NCBI GenBank assembly: GCA_053919585.1
Contig: CM132827.1
Reading direction: 5' to 3' (one strand)
Length of the DNA: 64,000 bases
DNA from: Euprymna scolopes
Lineage: Eukaryota
Under the pieces are notes generated by a model. That model had not been told where the DNA came from and ran no database searches. It was given only the letters and a program-made list of their open reading frames with translations. This document shows, one piece after another, positions 34,804-48,236 of this stretch. Within the stretch, counting starts at the first letter, position 1. Each line of letters begins with the position of its first letter. Made by a program: the position numbers and the translations under genes.

Positions 34804-35443
34804 GTTAGCTTCTAGTACAAAAATGTCTTTTCGAATTCTACACAATAATTCCAAAGAAAAATCGTAAATTTACGTATATCGTAAATTAGTAGCAATATGC
34901 AGACACAACACGTTTCAACAAAGTTCATCCATAGTAATTCAACAGGCTTTGTAAAATAATTCTTTTTTGTTTTTTTTTTTGTTTTTTTTTCAACAACGTA
35001 AGTTCATACACAAAATATTTCTTACTTCCCACGACAAATAGTTCCAATTATTTATATAAAGGCAATAACAAACAATTAATTTTCCAAAAAAAAAAAATAT
35101 ATGGCTGCCGTTCCCACGTGGCATAAAATGGTACAATAGTCGTTGTATTTATATTTTTTCTTTCGAAACTCGTAATCCTTTAGTGTAGTTTCGAATTCAA
35201 CTTGCGACCATTTTTTTTTTTTTTTACTTGTCAAAATAAATATAAATTCCACTTTACCTTGAACATGTTTCTATAATTTCTTGTGAGTTCTTTACGAAGA
35301 AAAATCCGTACTTTTCGCTACTTTAGGTAGGAAAAATTTTTAAATTCATTGACGCACGTGGTCAAAAATCCTTGTGTATTGTACACAGTCTTTGGTACGG
35401 TAATTTATCTCTGTTAAGAGAAAGAACATCCTTTCGTCGCCAT

Positions 35444-35696
35444 TGTTATATTCCTAAATACTTAGGAAATAAAGACAAACGTGAGTTACACCGAGTGGTA
35501 TGTGTAATGGGGTTTATTTATAATACAGAAACGTAAGGCTGCTCGCCTAAGGTAAATAGAAGTACATAGTAACAAGTATGGGGAAGAAAGTCTGATAATC
35601 AACACGTAAGACTATCCGTCTTACTGCGACTGCAACAGTCCAATATATATATACAGTTTGTAACCGGTGTATAGCCAGTTATGTTCCTTCACAACA
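35444..35696 (-). repeat. 5' LTR (253 bp)
   Basis: Adjacent to the PBS; matches 30310-30582. Confidence 0.95.
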
Positions 35697-36023
35697 GGGC
35701 AAATGATGGATTTAGTCATTTTTTCTTTTTTTTTATTGCATGGTGCAGAACTCAAATTTACATATGTTAAGGCATAGAATTGCACCATTTGTTTATTTTC
35801 ACCAGGATTTGACGTCCCCTGGGGACTTTGGGGCAAAATGGGGGGGGGGGGATAATTTTGCACTTAGGCATTTTTTTATGCCTGTGCATTCACGGGGGAC
35901 CATGCATGCTTCACTTGTTTTTTTTTTGTACTTGTTCACATTGGCGGCAATTAAAAGTAAAGGAAATACGGAAAAAGGGCATTCCTGTATATATCTTGTG
36001 ATATTTCATTTTTGCATTACTCC

Positions 36024-37272
36024 TGTAGCGGACTGGTGGATATATATTATCTATATCCACAGTCGTACAAAATAGGTAAAATGAATTGCTTTGAGGAAGG
36101 AACGAGCAACGCGTTTGTTGAAATAAACAAACTAGAATTTATTTCATGAAAAAACAAATGAAAGAAAAGGGTACAGCACGTGTTTAGTTTGGCGTGCGTC
36201 TCTCACTGTTAACTGGTGAGAAGGAAAGTCTATTGTTGTAGAGAGAGAGAGAGAGAGAGAGAGTCAATACAGGCCATGGAGATAGAAAGAGTGTCAGGTT
36301 TATGTACTGTCTGTTGACTCTTGCCCCACACATAGTAGCAGGGGACTTGACGCACACAGGCGCGCGTGCCCTGAAAGGGAGCGGATGGTCCTCGACCACT
36401 CAGCTCGGAAGCTGAATCGAAAAGAAGGAAACAGCTCAGGTCTTTTGCTTTTATAGTTGTTTTCGGTTGTCTTTTGTGCATGTATGGATTTCCTTCAAAG
36501 GGGAATTGACGTTGCCCATGTGTGCGTACGTGTGCGCACATGTGTGTACGTTAGCATGTGTGTGTGTATGCACGTGTATGTGAGTATATGTACGTGAACG
36601 TGAATATATCTATGTGTGTGTACATGTGTGTGTATGTTTGTGTGCGCGTATATGTATTTGTGTCAGGTCATGTTATATGCTACTGGTACCATGTAACCCA
36701 GTACTACCTGCCTCATGATCGGGCACCGGCGACTAAACTGGTTCCCCCACCAGACTTGTTTGGTGAGGAGGGCGGCTAGTCTCCCTGAAGGATTAAAAAC
36801 AAGACCTTCCAAACGGCGAATGAATTCTTTTTCTGGGTCAATGGCCAACTAGCACCATGTATATTTGTGTGTGTGTATATGTGTATTGGGGTTGAGAGGG
36901 CTCCCGTAAGCCGTGGTGAAGGCAAACTTTCTAGGAGAAGCAAATCTCTGATTTAAAAAACCATAAAGCGGAAGACCATTACCCGCATTAAGCTGGTCTG
37001 CAGTTTAATTTGTTGCTGGCTATCTTGCTCTTGCTTGTTGCTGGATCTCAACATTTTGAACCGAGAGAGAGACTTAGCTGTCGTACAAAGCTAAGACTCT
37101 GTAACATCATATTTGTATAGATACTTCCTCAGGCATTTGGGCTCATGGATTTTAAATGTCTGAGGAAGTGGCACTCGTCTGACAAGATGTTGCAATCATC
37201 ATATGTATGGCAAGAAAAATGGCTTGAGATGTGAACGCGTGTTTTTGTGCGAGACTAGAACGGGCTCGTACA
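36024..37272. mobile_element. Solo LTR (1249 bp) with CTCC 4-bp TSD
   Basis: CTCC|TGTAGCGG ... GGCTCGTACA|CTCC; splits a repeat whose uninterrupted copy is at ~29610-29635. Contains (GA)n and (TG)-rich tracts. Confidence 0.75.
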
Positions 37273-37524
37273 CTCCTCCTGTTTTCAAGGTGGTGATAGC
37301 TGAGTTGGCGTCTCCAACGAAAAATCTTCCAACAGATATTTTAACTGAAGGAATTTATAGCATTCTTAGACGAATTATTAGAAGCATTTGTATTATTAGT
37401 ACTTGCATTATTATAAGAAGTTTGACGTAAGAATGATAATTTTCTGTAAAAAAAAACATATTTATTAACTTTTAAGAGTACCTCGAGATATATACTGGAA
37501 TGCCATAGATTATTTAAGTTTTAA

Positions 37525-37860
37525 GTATTATTATTATTATCATTGACTCACATGGAGCTTTCACACAGGTCATCATAGATCTGATTGAAAACCTGTGCTG
37601 TTCCCTGAAAGCTGAGTGACAAGAAGTCTCCCCAGTCGTCCAGCATTCTCCACCTCCTTCGATAGCATTTGCAAATAAATTTGCGTAATCACAACAGCCT
37701 CTCACCGTTGATTATTCGCTGGCAGCGGCCATTGGTCTGTACTGGAATTTGAGTGGCAATAAGCCTCCCCAAGGTCTCAGTTCTCTTTGCGCTTGTCCAG
37801 CAGAGATCTAGTCAGTGTTCTCTCCTCGGTCTTTCCCTCCTCCTTGGCCCTTCTCAGCTA
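37525..37860 (-). mobile_element. Decayed LINE 3' end (RTE-like)
   Basis: (TAA)n tail on minus; EGPRRRERPRRE resembles the RTE ORF C-terminal G.R.RGRPR motif. Confidence 0.4.
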
Positions 37861-39123
37861 TTTGGTTTCACACCTTTTTACGGGGGAAGGGAACGGTGAT
37901 GGGACAATGGGAGGGGATGCGTGATGGAGATGCAGAACTTGTTGATACGCAGCTTCAGTGTTCTTCATTCCCTTATTAAATTGAATAAAGTAGTTAAAAA
38001 AAATCATTTCATAATCGTCTAATATTGTAACTGTTAACTTTTTTTTATGTGAAACAGTCTTAAAAGTAAATAAACATATTTTTCTCAGGAAAGCATCATT
38101 CTTACACCAAACTTCTTTTAATAATACTGTTTTAAGTATTAGGGGTCTCATGGTTGATTGATTCACTGTGACTAAAAATACTTAAACACAAATAGTTCAC
38201 AAGTACATAAACACACATTTATTTCGAATTGACTGACATAAAGAATAAAGTAGCATCACAATATAGAACAATAATAATTCGGTACTCACTTTAGAAGTGG
38301 TTAGAGTTCTACTCATCTCTCAAGTGGGCATAGTTCTCACGAGAGGTAAAAGCCGGGACTCACTCTGTGTGTGTGTTCCAATGGAAGTAACTCTCCGGTG
38401 TATATCTTAACTGGTGTTCTTTGCCCATATTCCTCTACAATACAAATACTAATATTACAAATAATTCGTCTAAGAATGTGATAAATTCCTTCAGTTAAAA
38501 TATCTGTTCGAAGATGTTTTGTCGGGGACGCCAAATCAGCTATCACCATCTAGAAAACAGGGGAAGTAATGCATGAATGCCCACAAAAGTCTATCTGATG
38601 TACTTACTTGTTATGGAAGGAAGATTTCATATTTCCAAAAGGTGCTTATTCAGATTGGCACTTACAGCAATAAAAAAAAAGTGAAGAAACACTTTTATTT
38701 TGTATCTACTTGTCATGGAATGAAGATTCCAAAAGTCACAAAAATTAATCAGGTAGTTTTTTTTTTTTTTTTATTATTTACGAAAAATAAATTTGCCATT
38801 TTTTTTAACCAATAGTTAACATACGAGGCCATGTTTTACTAGAGACCATAATAAGGGGAGGTAATCAGTGATTGTTTTGGCAATTTATGTAGAAGCGTTA
38901 TCCATCCTTGTTTTGGTGATTTTTTTTTTTTATCTTCATCGAAACAGAGTAAAATGTTATTTTCTTAAATAATAAAAACAAATACTTGATCAAATTACGT
39001 GATTTTTGGAATTGTTCATCTCCGTTCCATGACTGGTACATACATCATACAGACATTTTTGCATTTGCTTTAATTTTAAATGCTTCCATGAGAGCCAGTC
39101 TGAATAAGCACCTCCGAATGTAG

Positions 39124-39345
39124 NNNNNNNNNNNNNNNNNNNNNNNNNNNNNNNNNNNNNNNNNNNNNNNNNNNNNNNNNNNNNNNNNNNNNNNNNNNNN
39201 NNNNNNNNNNNNNNNNNNNNNNNNNNNNNNNNNNNNNNNNNNNNNNNNNNNNNNNNNNNNNNNNNNNNNNNNNNNNNNNNNNNNNNNNNNNNNNNNNNNN
39301 NNNNNNNNNNNNNNNNNNNNNNNNNNNNNNNNNNNNNNNNNNNNN
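39124..39345. other. Assembly gap (N run)
   Basis: Run of N. Confidence 1.
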
Positions 39346-41247
39346 TATTTACTCAATGAATTTTTAATCTACAGACTTGAAATTTGGTATATAGGATATT
39401 AAAACATGTAGAATTTTTTAAAATTTGTTTTCAGCGAGAAAAACGGGCTGCTAAGGAGCCAAATTGCAAAATGGTATGTGGAAGTCGTCAGATTTTCAAC
39501 TATTTGCTAACTGTTTCACAAATGCGTGTGCGTGAATGGTTCACATTACAGATTTGTTATGTTAAAAATAAATAGGTCTGAAAACTCTTTTTGGAAATTG
39601 TGTTAACCTGGCCTAATGGTTATTGTACTTGACTAATCGTCTTTAGATTTTGGTTTCAATCTCAGCCCGAGTATTTTCTCTCTTTTTAACTTACAAAAAG
39701 TAAACTGTTTAGGAAAAAATAATAATTGACTGCGCATGTCTCAGTTTCTTTCCGTTTTCTTTATTTAATTTTTTTTAGAAGAAATGTAACATTATGTTTA
39801 ATACCAGGCAACGCCGAGTACATCTTCTGGTATCTCTATAAAAGCGAGAATGTGTGTGCGTGTGTGAGGACACTTCTCAACCTATATACTCAACGAAGTT
39901 GTAATTGTGGGAACATGATGAGAATTGGCAGCCAATCTGATGTTAACGCATCCACCATGAGAGACAAAATAAAAAATCGTCGTTTGCACATGGCTCCACG
40001 CATCGCTTCCGCTTGGGAAGAAAAAAATAAGATAACCACAAAAGAATTATCAACCAATGGCAGAGCTCCGCGCCTAAAATAAAGGCCTAAAATATCACAG
40101 TCACTGGGAGCCGGTTTGCGACTATAAAATGAGGGGACCAAAAAGGAGAGAGAGGAGATTCGCCCTGCTGCGTCAGTGAACGCACGGACGGATTCTCCCA
40201 CCCGACCTAAAGAGATGAAGAAGAAAAAGAAATAAGGCACCAGTGAACTGAAGCCGACTACGCTCTCATGTTATGGGCCAAAACGCCTTCAATTCTAACC
40301 AATGCCTAATTCACACAAACCAAAGAAAAAAAGGAAAAAAAAGAAAGGAGAAAAACATAGGAGGCAAAGACGCCGTGCTGCTAGCTGTTGAGGAAAGAAG
40401 TCGCCGCTCTCAAGTTAAAAGCCAGGGCACATATCACCGACAGTAGCACAACCGGCCACCCACTTACCACCCCCATCGTCCGAAAAGATAAGTACGCTTA
40501 CGAACATTCATTCTTTGTTAAATTATACAAGCCTACAAAAGTTCTTTCCTTATCAATGCATACACACCCACAAACATCCTACGAACACTTTACCTCTTCT
40601 AATTAAAACTGTCATTAATAAATAAAACCGGTTCTCAACCTTCAATATTTGTCTGTCCTTAATTGCATGGAGTCAGATTCTACATATTTCAAACATTGTC
40701 AATTAAATGTATTCTTTGTTGTGACCTCTATGGCCTCATTTCCTTCACCCCTTCTTCATCTATAAACCAACCAAATAAACCTCTGGGCCATATAATCTAG
40801 AGATTTGAAATTTAGTAGTTTAGTTTAGGTTATTCAGATATGTGGAAAACTTTGTAATATGCTTTCATACAGAAAAAAGGGCTTCTAAGGGCTCAAAATT
40901 GGAAAATTGGTACGTGAAAGTCATCAGATTTTTTTTCTGTTTTTTAACTGTTTCATGATTGCGCATGCATGAATGATTCACATTCCATTCTTTATGTTAA
41001 GTATAAGTTGGTTTGAAAACACTTTTTAAATAGCATGTCACGCTGATTGGATTGTTATCGTATTTGACTTGCTGTCTTTAGGTTTTGGTTTTGATTTCAA
41101 CTCGAGTAATTTTTTTTTTTACTTACAAGAAATGGACTGTTTAGAAAAAAACATAATACTGGCACACACATCTCACAGTTTCTGTATGAATTAAAATGTA
41201 ATATTTATGCGTAATTTATGACTGGGAAACGCCGGGCGATCTGCGAG
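39346..41247 (+). mobile_element. Two tandem decayed Helitron-like elements (~39346-39830 and 39833-41247)
   Basis: 39365-39830 is similar to 40795-41247. Ends CCAGGCAACGCCGAG..CTGG and CTGGGAAACGCCGGG..CGAG; second starts TCTCTATAAAAG..(TG)n. Confidence 0.55.
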
Positions 41248-41305
41248 TTATTTAATAAAATCGAATTTTACAGCTAAGTTAGTTGGAGTTTTTTCATCGG
41301 ACATA

Positions 41306-41785
41306 AGTCTCTCGCTCCTTGATAAGGTTCAAAAGAGAGTCACCAATCTGATAGGTCCTGAACTGTCAGCTAAACTTTAGCCTCTGTCACATCGATGAAA
41401 TGTTGCATCCCTTTGCCTGTTCTACAAGTACTTTAACAGTGAATGCTCTAACGAACTGCAAGCACTTGTGCCCCCTCGACATAAATACCCTCGACAAACC
41501 CGACAAGCAGCTAAGTCCCACCCCTTCACAGTAGAGATCCCTAGATGCAAGAGAGCCTTCTACTCCAGTAGTTTCTTCCCCAGAACAGCTAGACTTTGGA
41601 ATTCCCTTCCGGGTCCCTGCTTCCCCGACTGTACTGACATGCAGAAGTTCAAGTGCAACGTGAACCGACATCTTGCTGCCCAACTCCCTACACAGTACCC
41701 CTGATGCTTATGTCCCTGATAGTAGCCCCCTACAACAAAATGGCAATGTGCCTTGTTTGGGGTGAAAATGTAATAAAAAAAAAAA
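41306..41785 (+). mobile_element. 5'-truncated LINE, family A
   Basis: Highly similar to 14832-15305; ends TAATAAAAAAAAAAA. Confidence 0.88.
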
Positions 41786-43261
41786 TCCAATGAAATAAAT
41801 AAGGGAGAAAACTCAAATCGAAGTGTCACAAGGTTAAAAGACAGCCTTATGTTCAATGCAGTTTAAGGTCAATGTGCACTGGTTGTCCAACCTCCAAAGG
41901 GTGTTTATTCGAAAAGCCATTCTAAACATCAGGAGGTGAGGGTTATTCGGAAAGCTGTTCTTAACATGGGGAGGTTGGGGAGTGTTTATTTCGAAAGCCG
42001 TTTTTAACATGGGGAAGTCAGGGATTGTTTATTCTGAAAGACATTTTCTTATTTTCAACCTCCCCATAATCTTCTTAAGTCTTCAGGTGGTCCCCCAGTG
42101 CATTTTCATCCAGTTTAGTAATAAAATCGCTAAAAATCGTAAATTTACCACTTGATTGATTTACATAATTTTTGGAACATGACATCTTCGTTCTATAACA
42201 AGTACATACATCATACACAATTTTCTGTATTTTTTTCTTTTTTTACTTTTAATTGCCGCCATAAGTGCCAATTTGAATAAGCACAGTTTTTTTTTTGTTT
42301 TTTTTTCAAGTCATTTTTCATAAATTTTAGAATTTTCATTTTTCTAGAAAATTTGTTTTTTAAAGTCATATCTTTTGACAATTACACATATTCGCTCATT
42401 CTGGGATAGTTTACAGGAAGTAGAAAGTGGCAGTCGATTTCACATCACTTCTGAAAAAATGTCCACTAGTTATTGTTTGTCTCATTTCAATATTGACATT
42501 AATTATAATAAATAAGAATATCCATAAACTATTCTTTTTTTTTTTTTTCCAAATAAGTATGTTTACTTTGATATTTTAAAAAAATAAGTTTTAAAAATAT
42601 GAACATTCAACATATACTTAATATATGCAGTCATCAACATCAAGATATGGGCCCCAGTATCATGGGTAATATTCTTTGCTACTGGATGTCATGTTTTTGT
42701 AATCTTTAAAGCACATTCTGCCCAGTGCATGCGCGACAGATCGATTGATGGACATTTTCACATTCTCTGACGATGGTTTTGCAGCAGCCTTGGAAACCCC
42801 TGGATCAATCTTTTTTACAAAGTAAAGTCTTCATCTCACACCAGGATGACCGCCTTGTCAGTGAACAATCTTGATCTGGTCAAGCCCAACTGTGTTCATG
42901 GATGAGGAACAGGTAGGTTGTACAGGCTCGGTGTTCCTGTTAATAGCATTAAGCCACCTCTGAGACATTCTCGTCATTTGATCCACATTGTTTTGATTTG
43001 ACTAGGGATGCATCCATCGACAGCACATATTCCTTCATTAATATTATTACATTGTGAAACTAATGTCGAATGAGCATCTCACTTATAGCTTTGATTTATA
43101 CCCTGGCCCTGCTGATAAGGGAATCCGAGATCTGTTTACGGACACAAGCTGAATCAGTGATGAAGAGCAAGGTGGTCATCTTAAAGAGAATTGCCAAGTT
43201 TATTGCCTTAATAATAATGCCATAGAATTCTGCAAGGTTAATATGTTGGGAGTCCTTTTCT

Positions 43262-43837
43262 AAATGTAACCAAGCCAAGTACGTCCAAGGATGGAATACT
43301 GCTGCCATATCTGGGCAGGAGCTGCCAAAAACAGTCTATCATGCCTTGACAGAGTACAAAATAGACTTTGTGGTTTAGTGGGGGATGCCCTTTTCTCTAC
43401 CTTGCAACCTCTCTCCCACAGAAGAGATGTTGCGAGCCTATCCTTGTTTTATCATTATTTTCATGGCAGGTGCTCGTCTGAACTCCAATCCCTCGTCCCC
43501 CCCTCGCCAATCTTTCACGAAAAACACCCGTCTAGCTGAATCCACTGTGAAAAATTTCCCCCACTCTATATCTGTGCCTAAATCAAAACGCAGATTCCAT
43601 GAACAAAGCTTCTTTCTTAGAACTGCACGCCTGTGGAACTCTGTTCCGTCTGCCTGCTTCCCTCCGGACTACAACTTGGATGTCTTCAAGTCCAATGTTA
43701 ACAAATTCCTAATGAACCGCCCCCTTAAGTAAACACTTCATCAAATCTCCACACTAACGTAATGTACTTGCAATAACCCTTATCCCCGAGTGGCTTCCAG
43801 GCCTTGATAAGTGGTGACCACTGTGTGAAAAAAAAAA
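43262..43837 (+). mobile_element. 5'-truncated LINE, family B
   Basis: RPRMEYCCHIWAGA..SHRRDVASLSLFYHYFHGRCS; poly(A) tail. Confidence 0.88.
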
Positions 43838-44037
43838 GAGTTCCATATCTTTTTTTTATTTAATTGTAAGGTGAAAGTACAGAATAGTTAAAAAATACCT
43901 TCCCCATGTTAAGAATGGGTTTCTAAATAATAACGTTATTATTTCAGCATAGCAGCATAAGTGCACAATACCTTTATTTGTTATATATATATTTTTTTAC
44001 CATTAAAAAATACACAATTCTACCTAAAGTACAAGTG

Positions 44038-44160
44038 AACACTTGATCAAATCTCCACACTAACGTAATGTACTTGCAATAACCCTTATCCCTGAGTGGC
44101 TTCCGGGCCTTGATAAGTGGTGATCACTGTGTAAAAAAAAAACAACAAAAAAAAAACAAC
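44038..44160 (+). mobile_element. Second copy of LINE family B 3'UTR/tail
   Basis: Near-identical to ~43732-43837. Confidence 0.8.
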
Positions 44161-45480
44161 AAGCATCTTTTCTCATCATATACGAACGACATGCCGACAA
44201 TAGCAAAAGAGGTTGCATCAATCCATACACTAAGGTCATGGCTATCGACACACCATTTGCCCTGTGCTGGGTTTCTTTGTGAACTCTGGTGAGAACTTCC
44301 TCAATCATGGTGGTGATTAGGGTATTGTTCAGTTAGGCATCCCACCCAGTAGTGACATCAGATGCTCTCTGCTTAATAAATGCCATGGCAACACAAAGCC
44401 AACCATCTATGGGGAAAGTGCCCAACCAACTTCCATATAATGAAAATATATTTCATTATGCGAGGACACAAGGCATCTAGGATTTTGTTTCCTCTTCCAA
44501 TACAGAGGGTTACTCTTTCCCCAGACCTGCAAACCAAGCACTCGTTCACCATCCCATAGCCTCTTCAGTTCTTTGCTGGAGAAGATGAAGCTGTAGACAT
44601 ACTGCTTCAGATGCATCACAGGCACAACATTCTTTTCCACATACACGTCATCAATATAGGCACATGTTGCCTGCTGTATATGCTTGTCCTCATCAAAATA
44701 GCATCAACAATTGTTTGCATAATAGACAATGCCATGTTGAGTCCGAACCCCATGCATATCGGGCAATACATTTGTCCCTTGATTAGTTCAGTTTGATAGG
44801 GCAACAGTGATTGGTGCGTGTGTATTTGAAGGTATGTCTTGTGAAGGTCTAACATCAATACGTTCAATCCTGTTCACCGCCATTCTCTCAAATTTTCGGT
44901 GCATATATCCACGTGCGCCATAAATGGATCAACATTCTCATTTAATTCCTGATAATCGAGCACCAGCTTCACCTTTTATTTGTTCTGTTGAATGACTGCT
45001 ATTAGTGGGATCAGGCCCTTTGGGGACCCCAATTTCTCTTCTTGGTAAGGAACCAACCACCCATTATCAATCCAGGCTTGTAGCTCTTTATTGTATTCTG
45101 CACGAGCTTTTACCAGGATGTTATAATCTGGTACTCTGCTGTATAATTTGTATGGCACCTGATTACTGAACCCCTTCCCCAACACCATCCAGGATTTGGT
45201 GCATTGGTCGAACTCTACGCAAAAGTTAGGTTTTTCTAGCGCTATAATTACACTTAGAGCCATTACAGCAAAATATACCTCGCCTCTTTTGTCGATATGC
45301 ACGTCGTCATATTTCTTGATGACGTCCATTCCAGAAGGAGATCCGATTATATTAGTTTTCGTTTTACCACCAGTTTTTTTTACATACTTTCGCTTGACAT
45401 AACAACCCACTCATGACAGATGCGGAGGTGCCAGGATACACCAATGCTATTTGATCTTGTCCATTGAATTTTACTTTTAT

Positions 45481-46295
45481 TGTAACACCTTTTATGATGA
45501 AGCTGGCTAGGACCCCTGTTTATCTGGAAATCTTGGCTCGTATCGTCTAGTCCTTCTCTGAGGGTTGTTACATTGAATCCTGTATGCTGAAAGCGAATAT
45601 CGAAGCCGCAGGCAGGGAGAAAAACTAACTCGTGAAACTCTAGTCTACAGAATTAATTTCACAAACTTATGTACAAATGTTTTTACAAATATCATTCAGT
45701 TCTTAGTAAGTTTTTCAAAGTCTCAAATCTTTTTACAGACAGTGTCAGACGGGTGGATGAAGAGGTAGAGGAAGGGTCGGGTCCTCAGGGAACGGTGGTC
45801 TCTATACGATCTATTCTCCCCGAAATCAAAAAGCAATCTCTCCAAACTCTTCTCTTCTGTTCTTCTTCTCGCGCAACAGTCGTATATATAGTGAAGTGTT
45901 TTGATGGGGTGGAAGTTTCTCCAACCAATAAGATTTTGCCACGAAATTGGAAAGCCCCAGAATTGCGTATGTGCAATTCCTGAATCTGGGATCTGAGTTC
46001 TACAGACATACTAATTCTCACGACCCCCTAAGGTTAGATGTAAGTTCTGACATCCGACTTTGAGTTCACCAAGGCCAGACAATGTTATGCTTCAAGTTTC
46101 CTGTCATCAGCTTTCACTGCAAAATATATTTCTCTGGTTTCAAACAATATCTATTTTGACATGAAATAAAAAATATATATATTCTCTATTTTACATCCTC
46201 AGGTTATCTTGGCGTCACCCGGGAACGATTAGCTATCTTAGCGTAGTTATTTGACCCTCCTCGGGCCTCTGGGGGAATCTAAAGCTCCCCAATGA
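45481..46295. mobile_element. LTR-like insertion(s) separating gag from protease of the decayed element
   Basis: Begins TGTAACA exactly where protease-like coding stops; internal TGTA..TACA segment at 45581-46195. TSD ambiguous. Confidence 0.35.
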
Positions 46296-48236
46296 GGGAT
46301 TACGTCACATTATCATGGGGAGCTCTTCTTCTAGTTTGTGTGGGAAGAGAGTAGTTCTGGCCTCTCACCATTTGCCTCATTTTCTGGACATCTTGATACA
46401 ACATGTCCTTGTTGCTGGCAGAGATACAGTGTATCTTAGGGAATGCTCTTCTTGCTTTGTCCACGAGCTCCTGACAGTCTCTAGCAAAGTGATTGAGACC
46501 TCCACACTTGTGACATTGCACTGCATCCTGCTGGTTGATGATTGAAGGTGGGTCTATGATGAAGAATTCTGCGTCACTCGACCGCCACAGTAACAGGCTC
46601 ATCTACTTCTACCTCTTCTGTCATTAGAGCTCGAACACATTATTTATAGGATCATGTTTTTCATTCTTGAGAATCCATGCAACTATTGTCTAACAGAATC
46701 AGGGAGTCCGGACACCAAAGCGCAACTGAACCATCGGTCAGAGGGGTTTTCTTTAATTAGACATGCCAGGTCTTGTAGGTCACACAAGTATTCGTCCACA
46801 GTGCAAACAATAAGAGACAAACTTGTCAAATGCAGCAAAAGTGTCTGGTGCAAAGGTCAGAAATAGAGCTTGTTCCACCGGCTTTAAATCCTCCCTCTAG
46901 TCATGGGCTAAGCATCGGTATACTGTCAGAGCACCACCTCTCAACCTGAGGGGCAAAACATGCTCAACGTTGTCAACACCTCAGATTGTGTGACTGGGTG
47001 AGATGCCAGTATATTTGAGAATCAGCCTAATGTCTAATGCTTTGTCTGCAATTTGTGTTTGGTTATTTGCTGAACGAAATAGTGTGTTCTGTACAGTTTG
47101 GAGAATTATGGTTTAGAGCACTGGAACTCTTTACAAGGGCGACTTTTTTCTTTAATCAACGTTTTTTTTTCCATACGTATGGACGTCTTTTGCTGATGCA
47201 TGCACGTCTTTGGTGGATAAAAAACACCTTGTTTGTACATAAAAATCGGTTAATTAGCCCTTAAAAGCGACTTCTGTTTTATTGAGATTCTGCCTTCCCT
47301 CAACCAATTCTACGAGCGGCCGAGTCTACCAGCATCTTCACAAGAAGAAAACTACAGTCGCCTTTCAAGGCATGAACTACAACTACCATCGCCTTTCTAG
47401 GCAAGAACTACTCGCCATTTGGCAGAAGCTAAAGAGGGCACTCTTTTGCAATATGGACTCTTTTTTTACCCTTTTGTAAATAAAATTATTCTTGGATTTA
47501 AGGTGAGCCTTTGTTGCTTTTTCTGAGTCTCTTTCATTCTGCCATAGGCAAAAACGGGTAAGATAATTTCTTACACCGTTTTTATTGCAAACGAAATCCT
47601 TCCCCTCCCCCCCCTCAAATTTTCTTTTCTTATGAATAATAACGTTTTATTGCATAAGACCCCCCCCACATTATTTTGGATTTTTTTTCCTTTCATTGTG
47701 TCGCCTTTAAAAAAAATAATATATTTAATATTCATTTTTATATTAATTTGTAATGGTCCTTGAAAGACCATGTGCTTTGAAAAAAAAAAATAATATATTG
47801 AATATTCATTCTTATATTAAATTGTAATGGTCCATAAAGGAACATATTCATTGAAAATAAATATTCCTTCAATAAATTGTAACTGAAGTACATTGAAAAA
47901 AAATAAATATTATTTCATGTAAATTGTAAACTGAAGTTTTAATTCATAAAAAAAACAAACTACCTTTCAAATATTTTACGATAATTGTAATCGTTTAAAA
48001 AAAAATTATATATTGATTCTTGAATTTATAATTGATTCATTGTTGAAATGTGTTGTCGAATGTCAGTCTGAACTATTCTTATGGGTTTAAATTCCTTGTT
48101 CATTGAGAGTTTCGAATTTTGTTGACGTAACCCCCTTCAGATAGCGGTTCTCGTCGGAGAATCTTTTTCGCGCCCTTTGATTTATTTCCCCTCGTGGGAA
48201 CGGCCATTTTGTTTTCTCGTGTCGTGTCCTTCGAAC

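Larger units (their letters stand above)
30310..35696 (-). mobile_element. Full-length Gypsy/Ty3 LTR retrotransposon (probably Mag-like), disabled
   Basis: LTRs 30310-30582 and 35444-35696 (TG..CA), GGGCA TSD, PBS TGGCGACGA (minus, ~35434-35442), PPT AGGGGGAGG (minus, 30583-30591), domain order gag-PR-RT-RH-IN. Confidence 0.97.
29841..35920 (+). mobile_element. Possible DINE-1/Helentron-like non-autonomous element (29841-30309 + 35697-35920) hosting the Gypsy insertion
   Basis: Starts TTATTGCCCCC, has GTCCG repeats near the start, internal TTGCATGGTGC.GAACTC repeats on both sides of the Gypsy, and ends GGGGACCATGCATGCTTCACTTGTT before poly-T. Confidence 0.4.
42640..47030 (-). mobile_element. 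Highly decayed Gypsy-like LTR retrotransposon internal region, interrupted by later insertions
   Basis: Gag knuckle CHKCGGLNHFARDC (~46480-46520), protease-like IKVKFNGQDQIALV (<45480), RT motifs KGLIPLIAVIQQNK and GFGLNMALSIMQ, integrase GHPGVR..VREC (~42760-42850). Confidence 0.7.

Noticed and set aside
47030-47760. 5' LTR and PBS of the BEL element
   Set aside because: Only short matches (CAAGGGCGA, TCAACCAAT) to 51006-51140. TGGTCCTT at ~47754 is PBS-like but lies in a local duplication, so no LTR pair can be supported.
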